Below are positions 40,701 to 55,700 of a stretch of 64,000 bases of DNA, piece by piece. Location: assembly GCF_002113885.1 (NCBI RefSeq), contig NW_018406352.1, positions 312,196-376,195 on the forward strand. Reading direction: 5' to 3'. The notes beneath the pieces are model-generated. The model had not been told where the DNA came from. It saw nothing but the letters and a program-made list of their open reading frames with translations, and made no database searches. The DNA comes from Mizuhopecten yessoensis. Taxonomy: Eukaryota. Position 1 is the stretch's first letter. The number at the start of each line of letters is the position of its first letter. The position numbers and the translations under genes are program-made.

Positions 40701-43700
40701 TAACCTAGATCTTTCTGTACTTACAGCTCCTTGGGTTTGCCCTGGTGGCTGCAGGGTTTGCCGTGAAGGTAAAAGGAGATCTCATTAATGGACCGGTAGC
40801 GGAATTACTCAGAGAACTGAACACACAGCAAGATGGCGCCACACTCGCCGACATGCTGGTCACTTTGTCGAATCTCTTCATTGCGATAGGTCTCGCCGGA
40901 TTAGTGGTCTCGCTGATTGGCTGTTCTGGCGCCGGCTGTAGTTGGAGAAGTTGCCTAATAGCAGTAATGTTTATTTTGTTTAAATTTCTCTGCAGTAAAT
41001 AATATATTTTATGGTCATAATTCAACATTAGAATTAGAATGTGGTATGTCTGAGGGATTTTAACATTATTGAGGTGCATTACAATTAAGGGGCAGCGAGA
41101 AGATTTGCGGAGACACGTGTTCTAAATATTCAACACCAGTGATTGGATTTTTCTCTTCGATATCTTGAGAGATGCCATCCGGTTGCAAAATTCTCATACA
41201 ACCCTACCTAACAGTTACTTCTTTCATTGGATTGATTCAAACTCTTCCCTTGCAAATGACATTAAGGCATAGCCAACGTCATGTTGACGTCATATTTCTC
41301 TACCCTTTTCAATCATATGTGAACGTCCCTCGATGTGTCATGGCTGATTAACACGTACCGTGCAGTATCCCTGATAGACCATCCCTATTTTAAATATCTG
41401 TCTCTTGTCATCCCCATAAAACAGTTCACTTTATACGCATAATCTATTAATAGACCAACTTTCGTAGGAGACACATTTTAAGTTCTTGACGGTCTCGCAG
41501 GATAGAGTCGACTGTATTTATAGGTCGAATTAGCTGTATTCTATGAATGCTTAAAAGATTCCAAGACAAGACGTAAGACAGATAAGCATGGTTTACCATT
41601 GTATCGAGAAGGAAATCTATATCTCAAAGAACGTTAGATCATTTTCGCTTGTAACTATACAATGTAACCTCTGATTGAGATGGAAAGCCTTAAAATTCGA
41701 TGCCACAATGGAATTACACGGTCCTAAAGCACTACTATGTGTAAATACCGAAAGTAGTTGGTAACGTTGGTAATATCGTGAGCTTCATCAGGTACTTTGA
41801 AGCATTTAGAAAACCCATACATTTGTTTTTGTTTTTGTAATGGTTTTATTTTTCCAACTTTTTCATTACATATACATAAACAGGACATTCACGCATTCTC
41901 ACACATACACACAGGGACATGGATCTAGCATTATCACAATCATTATCATTGTTATCATGATATCGTCATCATCATCATCATTATCATTGTCATCATCATC
42001 ATTCATCTTTATCATCGTAATCATCATCTTTCATATATAATTATTCAATCATCATCATTGTCATCATCCATCATCAACATTTTTATTAACATCATTGTCA
42101 TACAATCATCATCATCATCATACAATCATCATCATCATACAATCATCATCATCATCATATCATCATCATCATCATACAATCATCATCATACAATCATCAT
42201 TCCATATGTATCTTCATCAACAAATTATTATCACCATCATATTATCATCATCCTCGACATCTTTAATTCATAATGATATCATCATCATTCCAAATTTACA
42301 AACATTATACTCACATTTAAATCACCCACTTAGTTGTTGTATACATCAATTCCCAACTACTTGATATATTGTTAAAAAGACACTTGCCGGTAGAAGGCAC
42401 TTCAGTAATGAGGTAATGAGGGTTTGAAGTGAAATATTCAAAAAGGGGTAACATATCACAATGTTTAACTCACTCTCCCCTGAAGACACATTTGAGCTCA
42501 TCCAAACCAAAGCTTGGAACAGTTAATTATAAAGATTCAAGAGTGAATGGGTTAAAGCGTTCGCCTGCTGACCAAAAGGGATAAACACTTTATCCTGTTG
42601 GTTATAAGATAGAAAACCACAATATCAATTATGTGTATACTATATATAGCATAAGGATAACATATTGTTCTCAAAATTCTCAAGCGACGAATTGCATTTC
42701 ATGAACTCTCACGAAAATAAACATTCACAAATATCAGATGAGTATGGGGAACATATTATAAAATATATGAGTGTAAGGCTATATCAAAGTGTTTCCTCAA
42801 GAATGCCAACTGCTCCCATTGGGAGTTTCTACTTGAGGTTGATAACGGTGAAGGTAGCCCAGCGCTGATTAAATTCCCTATTCCTCCTGATCATTACGTC
42901 ACGAATGACTGAACCAGTACACTTCAATCATTTGACGTTCAATTATAGCGTACAACTTCCACCGTAGGGAATAATATAGTAATTAATCGTCGCCTTCTGA
43001 CCTTACCATTGTTATCAAATCAAGTTACACGAAAGTAGATTAAGCTTATCTCTTGATACTCATCTTAATCTGTTCTGCAGTATACGAGGAAGATAAGACA
43101 TCTGGGAGTGCTATTGTCCATCAATGTCCTTTCCGGTTTCAGTAGAGTTAAGGTCTTAAATCAAATCATCATCATTTCAGATATACCCTGATTAGTTCTA
43201 CCTACGACCAAATCACGTAAAAAAATATCAACCCAACTGGAACAAAAGTTGTTCCTTGGCAGATATTCTCAGGATTATGTATTGTAATTACCAATTTTTG
43301 TATTGTATTGGTAATTACAATCCTGAATTATGTATAATTTTAATGTAACATTGATGAAATTTGAATTGGTCTTCTTATTTCCAATTGTAAATTGAATTGC
43401 GATACTTTTTTAGTAGTTTCATTATGTGGCAATTCAGCTTATTAGGTATTCCTCTTTTCTTCTATTTACTGATAGACATTTCCTGTTACCTGATGGGAAG
43501 AACATCATGGCTTCATGTATGAAATAAGATCCCTTGCATTGTCCCGGTACATACCATACGAAGTGATTTATCAGAAAATGTATAATGTAAAAAGTCAATA
43601 TTTCTTAAGCTGTTATGAAAACACTTGACAATTCAGGAATTTAAACCATCAGTCCATTATGTTATCTCAATCGGAAAACTATTAATTCTTAGACAGGAGA

Positions 43701-46700
43701 TTGAAAACCATTATCTGCTCGTAATGGACACTTATCTATTCAAACATCTGTTAGACTAGCTTAATAAACACTCCGGTTTGTTACCACAAATAGTAGGCTT
43801 TGTTATCACAAACACTTTGAAAGTCTGCGTAACGTGTATTCTCGTTAATGTTAGCCAGACGATATCAATTAGTTTTCTATTTATCAACTTATAATTAGTA
43901 CTTTTCACAAACATTTGATTTATCATCAAAAATATTTTTAAGGCTTTGTGTGACATAAATTTCCATTGACTTAAGACAGACAGTGCAAGAGACTTATCAC
44001 TCCACCCATGCAACCGCAGGTCATACTGTCTATATTGAGTGCGAACTTCCTGTTTACCGTGTTGTTTATATAATTTCATCAAAACGTTGTCCTTTGAAAC
44101 GATCGGGTTCACACTGAAAGTATTTTTGCATACCTTGCCAATGCCAGGTGTATATATATTACAACGGTTCGTATTCTCCGACAGGGAATTTTTCATTACT
44201 GATATATAATGACAGTTTCAGGTACAATTTCCGTAATTTTGTTCCAAAATATTTGTACTGGTATTGTCCAATTTAGCTTGACAACCTCATTAGTTTTTCT
44301 ATTTCCTATCTCCGTGTTTCTTTCAGGAAGTTAGATGATATTGTATCTACCTAATATACAAGTGGATATATTAGATTAATTGTTTTTCCTCCTATGACGT
44401 CAGAATATATTCTTATGGTAACTGTAGATACAACAAGAGTGATTAATATAAGTTGTTAGAACTTGTTTCGCAATTGTTGTAAAATATATAAAGCATACAT
44501 TTTGATCGCAATTTTAAATAGATCTGAACAAAAACAACGAACTAACATCTGCATCCACGCACCTTGTATCAGACCCATCCACGCACCTTGTATCAGACCC
44601 ATCCACGCACCTTGTTTGTAACAGACCCATCCTTCGGCACAGGTTTTCGTGTTTCGACACGTGGTAGATACCACAATAGATAAGCCACAATTTTCGATTT
44701 GTACTTTCGTGAGAAACACTTAATCACACTGTGTTAATATTATCACTGGTGGGATTTGTTCGTTTTACATGGACATAGTGTGCCTATTTTTGAACTTGGT
44801 TCTATTTCTAAACAAACATCTCTTCTTCTGTTTCCCCAAGCGTATGCTTTGCATAATTACACTATATTACCCTGGAATGAATTCCATGGTGGGAAGCCAT
44901 TACATTCTTAGAATGAGTGATACTACTCATGAAGCACACCTATCATGTAGGAATTACAATTCACTAAGGCATGGACAGTAGTGGTACAGGATATTTAGGT
45001 GAATTAAACAATAACAAGCATGAAGTTTACAAATAGCTTTTCATGGGCTTTAACCTGATGCTTACCGTATGTTATTGTATTAATCAAAACTTCAACCACC
45101 CAATGAGAAATCAATATAATTAACTAGAATAACTGATTAATTACTTTATTACTAATTAATCTGAATGACGAGACATTGGGCCTTGCTCTAGCCTTGTTAG
45201 TTTAACGAAACGTTAATTGAAGTATATCATAAATTACATTAAATAAACGTTATGTATTCATAACTTAAACTGCCTAGAAATGAAATAACAAATAAACATT
45301 TGAAAATAGTTACCTAAAAACCAAAAAAATAACTGTAGAACAAATTTCCTATTTGCAAAGTTTAGTCGGTGGCTTTATAGGCTAACAATTCCTCAAAACC
45401 TTGGCAAGAATACATGTTATTATATGTATAACGAAGGCGCACCTTGTATGGATAGTTTATTCAGAATGCGGTATTGGTACAATAAACTAGGACGATTCTA
45501 AAGCAAAAAGATATGGTTCTTCCCAAATAGAAATTGGATTAATTACTTATACAATCTTCAACGGGAATTACCTTTATGCAATAGCTAAAGTACGAAACGG
45601 AATAGATGGTACATTGTAACCCCGCGTTTTGTTCACCATGGTAACGCGTCTTCCAACGTTGGGGAGCGTGATTGGTTAATTTATTTATGTTACTTTGCAC
45701 GCATCTTATTTTCAGAAGAGTTCAGAATTCGCGATCGTGGAATTTAGCCCATGGTTAATTTAACTAATAGTACACTTGAACGCCTGTGTCAATAATTATA
45801 CTGTGATGATTAATTATTAGATTAAGTAGCGTAAATGGACAATGAACTTCAACAAGAAATGCAATACTGCAGTAACGGTCATTACAGACAGCGCAACACC
45901 AAACGAAAGTCCAAATATAAACGGGTTTTTTTGACACCCACAAGAAATATCATCACTTCAATAGTGTTATGAAAATTCCTTAAAGAGTGCAGAAACATTA
46001 CTTTTTTACCAGGATTAAAAAATAAGAGCATCAAGGAATATCAAAATGAATTTATTGTTATCAAAATTTCTCTTGAGAGCGCAGAAACAAATGACTATAT
46101 AACAAGGAATAAAAAAGAGCATCAATGAATATCAAAATTAAATCATTGTTATCAAAATTCCCTTAAGAGTTCAGAAACATATTACTATATAACCAGGATT
46201 AAAATTAAAGCAGCATAAAACGACATAAACGTCCTCCCAGCCTGTAAGCTCGTTATAAAGACCGATGTCACGGGAAACACCACCTAAAAAAAGGAAGGAG
46301 AGAAACGATGAGAAACCAGGTCTGTTAATGGGGTCAGTAGATCAAATTCTGTTTTTGCAGTATTCACAAGAAGGTAAACATAGAAAATTCACCCGTTTTG
46401 CATCAATCACCTCCTAAGGCATTTTTTCATTTCAAAATATTTTATTAAATCAATCAGATTTAATGGGAATTGGGCAACAGGCAAAACCTATACAAGCCCT
46501 CTCCAAGGAGGTACATCTCAAACAATAGCAATATAATGAACTATAAATATTTACATAATGAACATGCTTTAGGAACAAAAGAATTAAATCAGTGCCAATG
46601 ATGATAGGAGACACCATTCTTACACATACATGCATGCATACATACATGCACAAACATATATACATACATACATACATACATACATGCATGCTCCTAAGTC

Positions 46701-49700
46701 ATGTTGCATGATGCAGCAGGTATGCTCTTTCCCCAAACCTGCAGGGAGGTACAAACGTTCTTTCTTGCTCCAGTTATATTATCTAAGCATATTTAACTGT
46801 TTCGTCTATCGCCATATCCCAATATGTATTTATCTATGAGTTAAGCCTGAAATGATAATGCATTAGATACATTATTACAAGACGATTGAACGAATTAAAC
46901 AATACTTTCACGCTCGATTAAAAGGTCACGTACGTAAGTGTATTCTCGGTTAAACTAACGACAATATACATCGATTTTTCTTTAGGAATGTACGTTTGAT
47001 GTCTGCAGACACAAATGCAATTTCTAAAGATCGATGTTGCCTATATACCTAAGCGACAAGATTCATAATTATAACTTTGAATTATTTATATACATCAGCT
47101 GCACTTGTAGATTCTGCATTATCCATAAATAATTCGATAATTCAACATATGTGTATTTAACACTTAACCTGACTACAATCCTTAGCACATACATGTAAAG
47201 TAATGTTGATACACGGTAAGCTAATACAATGTGAGATGTTATACATGAGTTATGTTACAGTTATCTCCCTTACATACCGTACATTTTCGTGCTGTAATAA
47301 CATACACTTTATAAAGTTAAAGCATAAATTCTAATTTAATTTAGCAATGAACGTAAGTCCAACTTACCACTGCTTTATTTTAAACATATTTATAAGAGTA
47401 TGAAAAACTCTTGAACATACAATAACCAATATGCCATATTGTATGGATATTATCCACAGAAAATAAATGCTAAAATATTTTGTTTATGCAAGTGAAACCG
47501 TCCACTAATGCCACGATTTGTCTATCAGGATTTAGGCAATATATCGAGCGATAAGCGACGACGATCTGTGAAAAAATAGAAAAAATGAATACATGAAATG
47601 GAGGCCTTCAACGGAGATTACAGTGTATACCTCGTTTGCAAGCCGTTATTCATATCACAATAACGTCACTAATACCCTTAACACAACAGAAAGTACACGA
47701 TAGATTGATCGATATACTGAACAGTACTTACATGTAGCTACTGTTGTTGTATCTTATAACAATCCACCTGACACAGATCGATTGTCATAATCAATAAAAC
47801 AGTAATAAAAAAAGTATTTCGGGAATCGAGTATAAGAATGGTTTCGTTTGATTTGCAAAGGGTTCAACGGCCTCGTAACAGCTAAGGTCATATGAAGACT
47901 GACGCTTAGAGATGTTAGCCGGAAATAATGAGTAGGAAAGTGCATAAAGAAAATACAAGGTATTATAATTAGTGCAGTATAGCCGTTTATGTTTCTTCAA
48001 TGTGCGCTCAGCATGAGGAAAAACAAACAAAAACAAAAACAAAAGTCTGCAGGGGCTCCCAAATTAGTCGCCTATTACGGTACCATGCAATTGTATACAG
48101 CAGGCTTGTTCATGTCTCAAGCCTGCAGGGGTTGTAGAAAAAATGTCGTTCCTCGTCAGTCGTCCTCCTGCAGTATATATGAGGGGACCAAGTGAAGGCA
48201 CATTAGGCTGATCATTGTCTATAGCACTTATAATGGGAACTCGTAAATTCCCGTTCCGAACATTCAAAAGAAATAGTTTTCCAAATAGAAGATTTCGTAT
48301 TAACCAGGGTCCACTGTAAACATAGAACATAGTCTGTGTAAGTATGAGGGCATTTGCCTGAATGTATCTTTCAAGGAGGTAGACTCCCCTGGTGGATTTT
48401 GTCGGTCCTGCTGATGTTTGCCCTAACCTTGAAGGCCACAGTTATTTCCTTTTAGTAATGGCAAGGTTCATAATTCACAGACTTAACGCCGATTTTAAAT
48501 TAACCAGGGCTCCAGTGCTTCTCTTATACTAGAAATTCATATAATTAAAAGGGTTTTTTGCCCATCTCCCTTTGTCTCAACAATAGTATTAGATTTCCAT
48601 ACTTAAGCCCCATCACTGAGAAGTCCTAGGACGACAAAACAACTGGATGGTGCAAAGTTATTCATGTTTGGCATACTTTATTAATGTTATAGGTACACTC
48701 ACGTGCTTACATTTTTCGATCATCTTTAAATAATACAGAACAGCATTATGATGTGTATTATCTTGTTTCCGTTTCAGTATGGCATTGACGTTATCATTGT
48801 AATTGTGCTTGCTGTTGTTGCTGGTGTCTTAGCCTGGTTCCTGGGATCTGGAGTAAGTTTCATGTTGTTTTGTTTCTTTTCTCTACCGATTAGTCCTAAA
48901 TAGACGAAACAGCTGTATGATACAGTGTAATTCATTTTTTGTTAACTATATATATTGCCAAATTGTAAAGGTACTATACCATCTATGTTTATTACGTTCT
49001 CTTTGTATATCATCCATTTTATCGTTAGTCCTTACTTTGTAATATTTGACGAAAATCGGTTTCATAGCAAACATGATATTTATGTGGACGTTAGATTTTC
49101 CAATAGGTGGACTACAGGGGGCTTCATATATCGCTAAAATGTATATTGTGCTGTAAAGAACAAATAAAGCAAACAATTGTACAATGATGTATATATCGGA
49201 ATGAAGTAAACGTACACTGATGGGAAGTAATCTAATTTGTCAGTTTTTGCGCTATAAACATTGCGGTTGTATATATTGCATTAATTAAGTTCTTGTTTTA
49301 TAGTTTAATATGGATTGTATTGTAAGTGAGCAAATTCATTAATGCGGTTATCTGTTAAAATAAATAAAATAATAACTTAAATTTGTGTCTGCTAGAATTT
49401 GCACTCTTACCGTAGATGGGAAGTAAAATGTGTTAATATATTCTAAAATAGCGATTCCATCTCACAGCACATCATTAAACTTATTTTATTTATTTAAATT
49501 ACATGACTACGCTCAATACTGACCTTATTGTACTTATTTTAATCGCCCGCAGAGAGTAGTAAAATGTTTAATTGCTTCTCGATAAAACAATATTCACTGT
49601 TCCATACCAGCGGTTTTGTTCTCTACTGAAAACTGTCATTTGCAAAATCAATTATCTAAATCGCCTCCATTATGTTTTGGTAAACAATTATCAATAAATG

Positions 49701-52700
49701 TTTTATATCGTTTATATGAAACAATATCACAATCAATCTAAACTAGTTGAATTTAGTTTCACTTCAGTGCATTAATTGAATGATGGACCATAAACAAAAC
49801 ACGACGTATTTCAGATCAGTGCTTTTATAATATTTCTTTCGATTTTCACAGTCGGTGAATAGAACATGTGTCCTGAAATATGTCAATATGCATGTAACGT
49901 ACATATAAACAATATCAACACATGAGATAAAACACATAAAAGGACACATTTACCACAACGTCAGCACACAAGGACAAACTTCCATACTGTCAACCCATGA
50001 TAACCACATATACCACGGCGTAAACACATCAGAACAAAATAAAAACATTGCATCAAAACATATTTACGTAGCGACAACACTCAATGACAAATAGGAGCAC
50101 AGCCTCAGCAACCAAAGTGTAAATTTACATAGGCATCAGTGCACCTGGACACATATGTCCTTTCTACAAGTTAAACACAGCAGAGGCACATGCACAATAG
50201 TCACAAATCAGGCTAACTAAAACACAGCCTCAACACAAAATGGGGAAACAAACTGCAGCGTCCAGGACAAAACATAAGGACAAAAAACACTGCCTCAACA
50301 CGAGAAGAAAAAAAACACCACACCGTCAACGCAAGAAAAAAACACTGCATGGACACATGTTAAACATAGCGTCAACATATTATTACAAAAAAGGAACACG
50401 GCCTCAACACGAAAGGACAATATTTACCACATCGTCAACACACAAAAGGACAAACTACGCGAGGACAACATATATCACAGCACACAAGGACAAATATAAG
50501 CAGATACAGTACACAAGGACAACGTCTATCACAGCACACAAGGACAAATATAAGCGGATACAACACACAAGGACAAATATAAGCGGATACAGTACACAAG
50601 GACAACATATATCACAGCACACAAGGACAAATATAAGCGGATACAGCACACAAGGACAACATATATCACAGCACACAAGGACAAATAAAAGCGGATACAG
50701 CACACAAGGACAAATATAAGCGGGTACAGTACACAAGGACAACATATAACACAGCACACAAGGACAAATATAAGCGGGAACAGAACACAAGGACAACATA
50801 TAACACAGCACACAAGGCCAAATATAAGCAGATACAGCACACAAGGACAACATATATCGCAGCACACAAGGACAAATATAAGCGGATACAACACACAAGG
50901 ACAAATATAAGCGGATACAACACACAAGGACAAATATAAGCGGATACAGTACACAGGGACAAATATAAGCGGATACTGTACACAAAGACAACGTCTATCA
51001 TAGCACACATGGAAAAATATAAGCGGATACAGTACACAAAGACAACGTCTATCACAGCACACAAGGACAAATATATAAGCGGATACAGTACACAAAGACA
51101 ACGTCTATTTCAATGTCAAGACACAAAAACGAAATATACCAGCACATTAATGCACAGTGGGAGACAGTGTATACACGCAAGGACTGAACTGAAAAGTCGA
51201 TCTGAATAGACGAAAATATTCCTGCACACAAACCAATTGATTCTTGGTTGTTTTTACTATTATGTATAATTTTCAAGGTAGAAAGTGAATGCCTAGTTAA
51301 CAAATCCTTGGAAAAATCATTTCAGTTTCCTTCAATATGCGATGTTCAGTTAATTGTGAAAACAATATAATAGAGGGCCTAATTTTGAATTAGTAGGAAT
51401 TTCAATCTTAAGTTCCGGATAAATTTATATTTACACGATATAAAAGCAATATTAAGTCTCCACTCTAAGTTTTGTCAATGCCGATAAAATTCATGTAAAT
51501 CTATCATTGTATCTTGTACGTTATCATTTTGATGTATTATCAACTTTAAAATTCGTTTGTCAGCCAACTATAAAAATAAGAAATCAAAATGTGTTAAACA
51601 CTGTCAGACAAATTGCAGTTAGGATCTAACGTGAGAAAAACGGCAAAACAATTTGCAGATGAGATCTAGAGTGAGAAAATAAGGCAGGCATTTTCGGTGG
51701 TACCTAAAACTTAAAACAACAGCTTCAGTATGAACAACATTAAGGACATTACCTGGTATCAGTGTAAGGTCATTGCACGGTTGGTCAGTATTTTGACCGA
51801 CGCCAAGTAAACTAGGTGTGATGTTTATTATTACTACCGATCCCAGTTTTCTGTAATTAATTACTTTGCAGACTGTTAACGTCAGACCGTTTATGATAAT
51901 TAGACTAACTCTTCTAGACATTCATTTTAACACTTGACGGCGTACAAACCTGATAACTCCGGTATCAGCCAACACACGTTGAAGGTCATGTTGTTTGTTT
52001 AGATTTAACGCTGTGGGACGGACGTCTAGAGACACCAAAAATGCCAGTTGCGGATAACAATAGAGAAGATAAAATCAATTATGACCAAACGACGTCGAAG
52101 TTCGCTTAATATCTAAATAATATCCGCACGCTTTAGTTTAGTTTTGTTTAGATTTGACATTGTTCTGAGACTTCTAGAGATTAGACAAGACCCACGAGAG
52201 GGTAGCAATACAGATGAAAATATTAAACGGTCGTTTGGAGGTTTATTTGTCATGTCATATTTCTGATATGAAGACTGGTGGCAGGAGACACATCGTGAGA
52301 AGGGCAGTAGAAATGTTCTTTTTTGTGTGATTTGTGTTTGGGATTTGTTTTGAAGAGTCAAATAGGTTATAAATACATCATATATGTCGACGGGTGTTTA
52401 AACCGTTATCAGGGGAATGATATAACTAATGGAAGAATGCATGCTTGTCACAGCACTTGTAACACGTGAATATTAGTTTCTATATTGTCACGAATGAAGC
52501 GGGCAATGACCGGGTTGTATCTCCCTTTGTTCCATCGGTAGAGTCATACTGAGGTTTCAATCATATAATGGCAAGACCTGCTAATGCCACCTATAAGTTT
52601 TGTACAATATCCAAGAGGTTTAACGTGTTTATTCGAGGTTCAAGGTTCAGCATTTTCAGTTTGGTGAACTTCACGAATATAGACAGATGTTATATTTAAT

Positions 52701-55700
52701 GCAAGACACGTATTCTTTAGATGTGATCATTTGGTCCATTTTTATCAGAGGTAATACTCGAATCGGCTCAAAAGTGTGTGGTGTGGTCTTTCTATTTAGT
52801 CAAATATTTGCTAGTTTTTTTGGCCGATTTCGAGGTCAGATTTTAGGGTTTGCTTTCAGTATGACATGATTGATTTCTGTTTTACTTATCAATGTACAAA
52901 GGTCATCCACCTGCAGTTAAACGGATGAAAATATATATTTCAATCATCTATTACAATTATGGTTAAAATTGGGATTTCCGATTTTCATGAGTAAGAAGTA
53001 TTGTCTAGTTTTATGAACAGTTAGATCATACTTGAACTAAACCACTTTAATACATTTTTAACAATGTCTTTGTCCAACTTTAGCGTGTTGTTTTATCAGA
53101 AACCCCCCAGGAAAAATGTCGTATACTCCGATTTTCATAATTTCTTTACTTCTTTTTTTTAGATATTCCTTTCAACTTAAATTATCTTAACATCATTAGA
53201 AATAATAAAATGAAAATGAAAATGTACGTCAAAACTCTCGGTATCGTTAGCCGGTAGCGGAAGTATACAGGTGAGCAATGATCGGCTGCAACTGTCTTTA
53301 CTTCATTTGAAGACGGAGTACAATGATTCATTCATGTTTCTGACAGAACAAATAAAGCATTACTTTGTTTCTCTACGACAGGTTATCTATGATTCTTGGG
53401 CGCTATAATGAGAAGTAGGCACACCTTGTCCCTGTAATACTTGAACAGGGGATAGGATGGTTTTATTACATATACATTATTAACAAGTTCACATAAACCT
53501 ATACTCTGGACATGCTCTATATGTTCAGGAACTGGGGTTTAAAACATGCGGTGTGTCAGAAGCTGAAAGTGATACCAGTATCTCCTGGGTTGAGGCGTAC
53601 GTGTTAATTAAGGTAAACCCTGACGAGATATGGTCTTTGAAAGTCTTGTCAGCTTGAGGCAAATATTATTAACATGTTCCCTTCAATCTATAATATTTCA
53701 AAAACATTGAAAACCTCAATCACATATATAAGATTAAATACAATCATTCAGAGCTTTTATAACTTTTGACGAAAACAATAATCCGTAAAATATGAATCAA
53801 CAAACTATGAAGCTAACAACATTTTTAACTTTAGAATAAAGATGAGGTCCACACCAAAGTATCCCAAATATTGTAACGATAATTGACACAAATACTGAAC
53901 ATATGAATTAAACTATATTGCAATAATATCACGTACCAATTCCGTCTTTGCGTGTTGCAGAGTTATCTTCTCTTGAGAACAGGAATTGATTGTTACGTCA
54001 TTGGTTTGTGAGAGTAACGTCATCAATTTTTGAGAAAATGATGTAATTTTCTCACACAAACCAATGACGTAACAATCAATACCTGTTCTCAAGAGAAGAT
54101 AACTATGCAACACGCAAAGACGGAATGGAGATAATCTGTTTTAAACAACTGATATAGTTATACTAATTTGTAAGTGTACATCATGACATATACAGTGTAT
54201 TGCCAATGTTCTTAACATTACATGAATATTGTCGGCGGATGTATATAGTCACTGTAAGCTATAATGTTAAGTACGAAAATGTTTATTTATCGGGATTAAA
54301 TCTTAACGAATTACAATATCAAACTATTATATCTTTTCTTTTTAAACAAACGTAAATAAATCATATCTTCCAAATTCAGAACAAACAATTCAGTAACATT
54401 TTACTGAAAGACGTGATATTATGAAATATACCAAATTCGCAACGCTACCGGGGTCACTAATTGATTGAATGGTTCCAATGTTTGTAATTCATCACACAAA
54501 ATTGTGTTTATCAAACCGTTGTAATCTAACGTTCATTGACCAATATCAGGGACACTGGCATGTGCGCGCCCTATGTCTGTCTCTTTGTTTATCATTCAAA
54601 TTGCTCGGCAACTCGTCCATTTTCGAGTGATATTTAAATTTAGACATTATTCACATGTTATATCTCCTATCACGTCTTTTATATCTAAAGTCCGATAAAC
54701 AGTAAATGATACGAAGAGGTCACATGTTTTTGTCGTTTCGAATCTCGGTCTCTGTAACAAATTGCCTCTGCTGCATGTAATAAAAAGATAAAGGAACATG
54801 ACGGAGAGGAAATTTGAAATTATTACTATTGGCAAACAAAAGTGATAAAGGAACACGTATTTTACAGGTAAACAAGAGCACGTTATCAAGGTAGCATGCA
54901 TTAAAATCCTTGAGTTTTTTTTTTGTTTTCTTTTTGCAGAAATACAAGTCTTGGCCTTGTTACTCTTATCGTTGAACTAGGGATGTTAAAAAAAATGTAA
55001 GGTTGTCTATATGTGCATGGATAAACTTTCATGCCAACATTTGAATAATATATTTTACAGGTTCCGCCCCTAAATCCTTAAGCTAACAAACCTTTGCACA
55101 TCTCGGACAAGATATACACATTTCTGGTATAACTCTCGTTCTGGTTGATGTCCCTGTTTGTCATCTCGGCAATCGTAAACACAACCTTAATTTGCCTAAT
55201 GCATGTTAATATCGACCTGTGTGAGAGCTTCCTCCGGCAGTAACCTAGAGAATATAACGTAAAGTGTGGGTGTGATTGTATTTATATTACTCAAGAACAA
55301 TAACAGAAACAAGTCGTTAGAAGAAATTATGGACTATGTTGTAGATTTACCGCCTAAGTATCTCTTCAATCTAGAGTTAAATCAGCGTAAAACCCATCAT
55401 TGACCTTGATTTAATTTCTATGACACATTATTGACCCAATGCCATTGATCAGTGGTCATAGTTGTGATGTTGTGAGGCGGCACGTCCAACGATGTATTTT
55501 ATTATGGGCGTTGTTATATGTACCCATTGATCGGCAAGGTGTGATGTAGGTGAGAAAAAACTCCAAGCGACGTCTTTTTTTACTAGTAGATATGAATATA
55601 GGAAACGAACAGTTAAAAAATGTGTTATATATTGGAAATTATCCTGTACAAAGGTTTTCATTGTCATTTTTCCCTAGTTTGATATGTGCGGAAACAAATT

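Noticed and set aside
50240-51101. Cys-rich ORFs (CPCVLYPLIFVLVCC repeats)
   Set aside because: Translations of the 29/25-bp compound minisatellite.
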